Positions 33,742 through 36,527 of a stretch of DNA of 36,527 nucleotides are shown here, one piece after another. This DNA is from a virus. Lineage: Duplodnaviria; Caudoviricetes. The translations under genes and the position numbers were made by a program. The notes under the pieces are model-generated. The model did not search any database and was not told the DNA's origin. It saw nothing but the letters and a program-made list of their open reading frames with translations. The stretch is taken from positions 1 through 36,527 of the IMG/VR virus record IMGVR_UViG_3300005764_000039. The stretch is one strand, 5' to 3'. Numbering within the stretch: position 1 is the first letter of the stretch; every line of letters starts with the position of its first letter.

Positions 33742-35423
33742 AACACCAGCAGATCGGTGTCGCGATAGATGGTCGGAGTCTGATCCTCGCCCACCATCTG
33801 ATGACCGAGCGCCAGGATGGCGGCTATCGCGGCATCGATTTTGTTCTCGGGCAGCTCCTTTTTCGGAAAGACATTGTCTTTCGAATCATAGTGGCCGACG
33901 ACGTTCGACAGGCACCAGCGCAGCACCGGGTTGCCGTCGTGGCTGATGCGATGCTCGCGGATCCGGGCGTCGAGACCCTTGGTCGGCTCCGACATCGTCG
34001 CCACCGTCAGCGGGTATTCGATCATCGGCACGTTCTGCTCGAGCATCCGCTGGGCGAGCTGTGTAGCACTCCAGGGGTCGTAGCAGACGCCCTCGACGTC
34101 GAACCTGGCGCAGGCATCGAGGATCGCCTCCTCCATGTCGGAAAAGCTCGTCGTCTCGCCCGGCGTCGTCGTCAGCCAGCCCTCGCGCACCCAGCTCGCA
34201 TAGGCCGGCTGGCTCTCGATGCGGGCCTCGGGCAACCAGTTGCGGCAGAAAATCGTGTACCGGGTCCGCCCCTCGTCGTCCTCCTCCCAGAACAGCAGCG
34301 CCAGCGCCGCGAGATCGATCTTATTGGCGATGTCGAGGCCGAGGATGCAGCGCCGGCCGGCGAAGTCGGAGAGTCGGAGATCCGTCTCGCAGGCGGCCCA
34401 ATGCTCCATGTTGAACAGCGCGATGTTGCCGCTGACCCATTGATTCAGATGCCGGGTCCGATAGATCGCCTCCTGCGCCGCGTTGTTGCGGGCCTGGCGG
34501 GCGATCATGCGGATCTGCTCCGGGACGACGGTAATGCCCCAGCCGGGATTGGCTTTGCGCATCGTCTTCTCATCCCAGACGTCGTCGCCCTCGTCGGCCG
34601 CCCAGATGACGCAGAAGAAGCGGTCGTCCTCGAGGACGCGGGTCAGCACCTTGATGCTGTAATCCCAAAGCTGCTTGCCGATCCCGGCGGTGTTCGCCGT
34701 CGCCGTCGAGATCGAGATCAGCATCGGCTGCAGGCGCTTGCCGAGCCCGGTCAGGATGACGTCATAGACCCGCGCCGTGCGGTGGCTGGCGATCTCGTCG
34801 AGCACCGCAAAATGCACGTTCAACCCCTCGAGGCCCTTGGCATCGGATGAGATCGGAACGAAGGAGCTCGCCGTCGCCGCCTGATAGATCGAATTCACCG
34901 CGGTCGCCACGCCGCAGGCTTCGCGGAAGCCGGGCGCTCGCCGCGTCATTTCCTGCGCCGTTGACCAGACGATCTTGGCCTGGTCGCGGGTCACGGCCGC
35001 GGCATAGGCTTCCGCCCCGCCCTCGCCATCGGCAAAGGCGAAATAGAGCGCCAGCGGCGCGACCCAGGTCGATTTGCCGTTGCCCCGCGGGACCCAGATG
35101 CTCGCCTGGCGGAACCGGCGCATCTCGGTCGTGCGCTCGAGGAAGCCGGTCAGATTGACCGAGACCCAGCGCTGCCATGGCATGAGCTCGATCAGCTCGC
35201 CGGCCCGCGGCCCCTTGATGTTGGGAAAGCCCTCGCAATGGTCGATCGGCGCCCGCGCCCGGTCCGGGCTGAAGATCCAGGGAGAGTCGCCGGCCTCGGC
35301 CGCCTTCAGATCGGCCAGGAAGCGCTGGCAGGCGAGCCGGGCATAGAGCGGTGCGGGGATCTTGCGGGCGACGACGCGCTCGGCGTAATCCACGCCATCG
35401 GCAACCGGGTCTCGCCTGCGCAT
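33738..35423 (-). CDS. terL: Large terminase subunit (Terminase_1, HK97/D3-like)
   Basis: LMPWQ, Walker A PRGNGKS, AVLDEI, ISTA, KANP, nuclease ILGLDIA..DL, YDPW, KIDAAIA. Confidence 0.95.
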   Translation of the reverse strand: MRRRDPVADGVDYAERVVARKIPAPLYARLACQRFLADLKAAEAGDSPWIFSPDRARAPIDHCEGFPNIKGPRAGELIELMPWQRWVSVNLTGFLERTTEMRRFRQASIWVPRGNGKSTWVAPLALYFAFADGEGGAEAYAAAVTRDQAKIVWSTAQEMTRRAPGFREACGVATAVNSIYQAATASSFVPISSDAKGLEGLNVHFAVLDEIASHRTARVYDVILTGLGKRLQPMLISISTATANTAGIGKQLWDYSIKVLTRVLEDDRFFCVIWAADEGDDVWDEKTMRKANPGWGITVVPEQIRMIARQARNNAAQEAIYRTRHLNQWVSGNIALFNMEHWAACETDLRLSDFAGRRCILGLDIANKIDLAALALLFWEEDDEGRTRYTIFCRNWLPEARIESQPAYASWVREGWLTTTPGETTSFSDMEEAILDACARFDVEGVCYDPWSATQLAQRMLEQNVPMIEYPLTVATMSEPTKGLDARIREHRISHDGNPVLRWCLSNVVGHYDSKDNVFPKKELPENKIDAAIAAILALGHQMVGEDQTPTIYRDTDLLVF

Positions 35424-35496
35424 CGTTCTGTTCCCGTTCTTTCGAGTCGGGCCGCGGACTAGCTCGAAAGGCGGCCGGCGTTCTTTTTCCGTCCCA

Positions 35497-36021
35497 TCAG
35501 GGTCGGTTCGACGGCTTGCGGGCTAGGCTCATCACCTTGACCCAGCGATCCCCCTCCTTGGCCTCGGCCGGTGCGCTGGCGCCGATCGCCAGCCGAGGCC
35601 GCGCCGCCGGCGTGAATCCCATCTCGCTCGCGAGCTTCATCAGCAGCAGCGCCGTCTTGTGCATCTGGTGCAGATAGGGCGACGGCAGGAGCTGGCCCTT
35701 CGCCCCGCGGATCAGATCCGGCAGCTCGGGCGTCGCCAGGTTCATCGCTTCCTGCGCCTCCCGCGCCCGCCGATAGCGCTCGCGCGCCTGGCACCAGAGC
35801 AGCAGCAGATCACGGTCGATCTGCCTGAGAACGCCCCGCGGCGCGTGCTCGATGGCATAGCGCCAGGCATCGGCCTCGCCGGCGCTGAGCTCGGCCGGCG
35901 CCTCGCTGTCCTCGAGCGTCCCCATCGCCGGCGGTTCGAAGGCGCGATCGCGATGCCGCGTCACGTTCAAGGTACCGTGGAGCTTGTGCAAGACGGTCGG
36001 TTTCGGCTTCCCGGCGCGCAT
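35497..36021 (-). CDS. terS: Small terminase subunit (P27 family)
   Basis: GKPKPTVLHKLHG, APAELS...AWR, PYL...LASEMGFTPAARPRL. Confidence 0.9.
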   Translation of the reverse strand: MRAGKPKPTVLHKLHGTLNVTRHRDRAFEPPAMGTLEDSEAPAELSAGEADAWRYAIEHAPRGVLRQIDRDLLLLWCQARERYRRAREAQEAMNLATPELPDLIRGAKGQLLPSPYLHQMHKTALLLMKLASEMGFTPAARPRLAIGASAPAEAKEGDRWVKVMSLARKPSNRP

Positions 36022-36029
36022 GGGCAGGC

Positions 36030-36060
36030 ATTATTGCCGGATTTTTCGCCCGGCGGGCAA
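36030..36060 (-). promoter_or_regulatory. Candidate promoter for a near-leaderless terS transcript
   Basis: TTGCCC-N19-AATAAT ending 8 nt before the ATG; no SD. Confidence 0.3.
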
Positions 36061-36360
36061 GCGCCACCTAGTCGCGACCGCCGCGGACCTGGCTCGGATC
36101 CCTGCCGAACCCCGGCCGATGCCCCGGGAATCTGCTGCCACTGTGCCGCATCCACAATGAAATGCCCGCCGGCGCAATAGCGCCGCCCCTGCGACCATGG
36201 CCCGAGCGAGCGCAAGCCGACGATGCCGCCCCAATGCCCCGGCTCGCCGCGGACCAGCAGCCCGCGCCAATCTGCGATACAGATTCCGCCATAAAGACTG
36301 ACGCTCGTCTGATCGATCGTCGCCTGCAGCGCCTCGCCCCCGAAACCTCCCGCCAGGAGG

Positions 36361-36483
36361 ATGGCACAGACCAGGACGACCATGCCCCTGCACTGCTTCT
36401 TCAGCACCGGCACCATCCTGATCGCCCTCGCCTTCCTGCTCTGCGCCCTCGAGCCCGACGACGACGAAGACTGGTGGCGCTAG
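36361..36483 (+). CDS. Possible small membrane peptide
   Basis: AGGAGG directly upstream; GTILIALAFLLCAL followed by the acidic tail EPDDDEDWWR. Confidence 0.35.
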   Translation: MAQTRTTMPLHCFFSTGTILIALAFLLCALEPDDDEDWWR

Positions 36484-36527
36484 AAGACTTTTCCGCAAAA
36501 AAGAGCCCGCAATGTTGGAAAAATTGG

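Noticed and set aside
35967-36498. Minus-strand ORFs upstream of terS as an HNH packaging nuclease
   Set aside because: No HNH or CxxC pattern in the translated frames; the coding strand here is ambiguous.

Overview
A high-GC stretch of a tailed dsDNA phage or prophage with HK97-type head and siphovirus tail genes. The host is probably alphaproteobacterial, inferred from a GapR-like gene and suhB/cuckoo-like RNA motifs. There are five alternating transcription blocks. (-) 1-9.2 kb: prohead protease, major capsid, portal placed after the capsid gene, head-tail joining genes, tail tube, frameshifted tail chaperones and the start of the tape measure gene. (+) 9.3-14.1 kb: HTH regulators and many tiny, often membrane, ORFs. 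(-) 14.1-19.8 kb: GapR-like protein, DUF559 nuclease, TOPRIM-AAA primase/helicase, iteron origin, a Pro-rich repeat protein and a PL14-like lyase. (+) 19.9-26.8 kb: RecE-like exonuclease, MT-A70 methyltransferase, Sak4-like ATPase and a foreign fragment of a second (PBSX-type) packaging module. (-) 26.8-36.0 kb: two collagen/S74 fibres, TerL and TerS. The most notable unannotated signals are (1) a promoter- and terminator-bounded ~125-nt antisense sRNA with CUCC loops, one complementary to the SD of the divergent HTH gene; (2) a Pro-rich protein whose 30-aa repeats differ only synonymously, upstream of a polysaccharide lyase; (3) an ATPase-only second terminase fused head-on to a tail fibre; (4) a gene cassette flanked by a duplication of the Sak4 gene start. 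No integrase, tRNA, CRISPR array or reverse transcriptase was seen. All family calls come from motif recognition by eye; no database searches were run.
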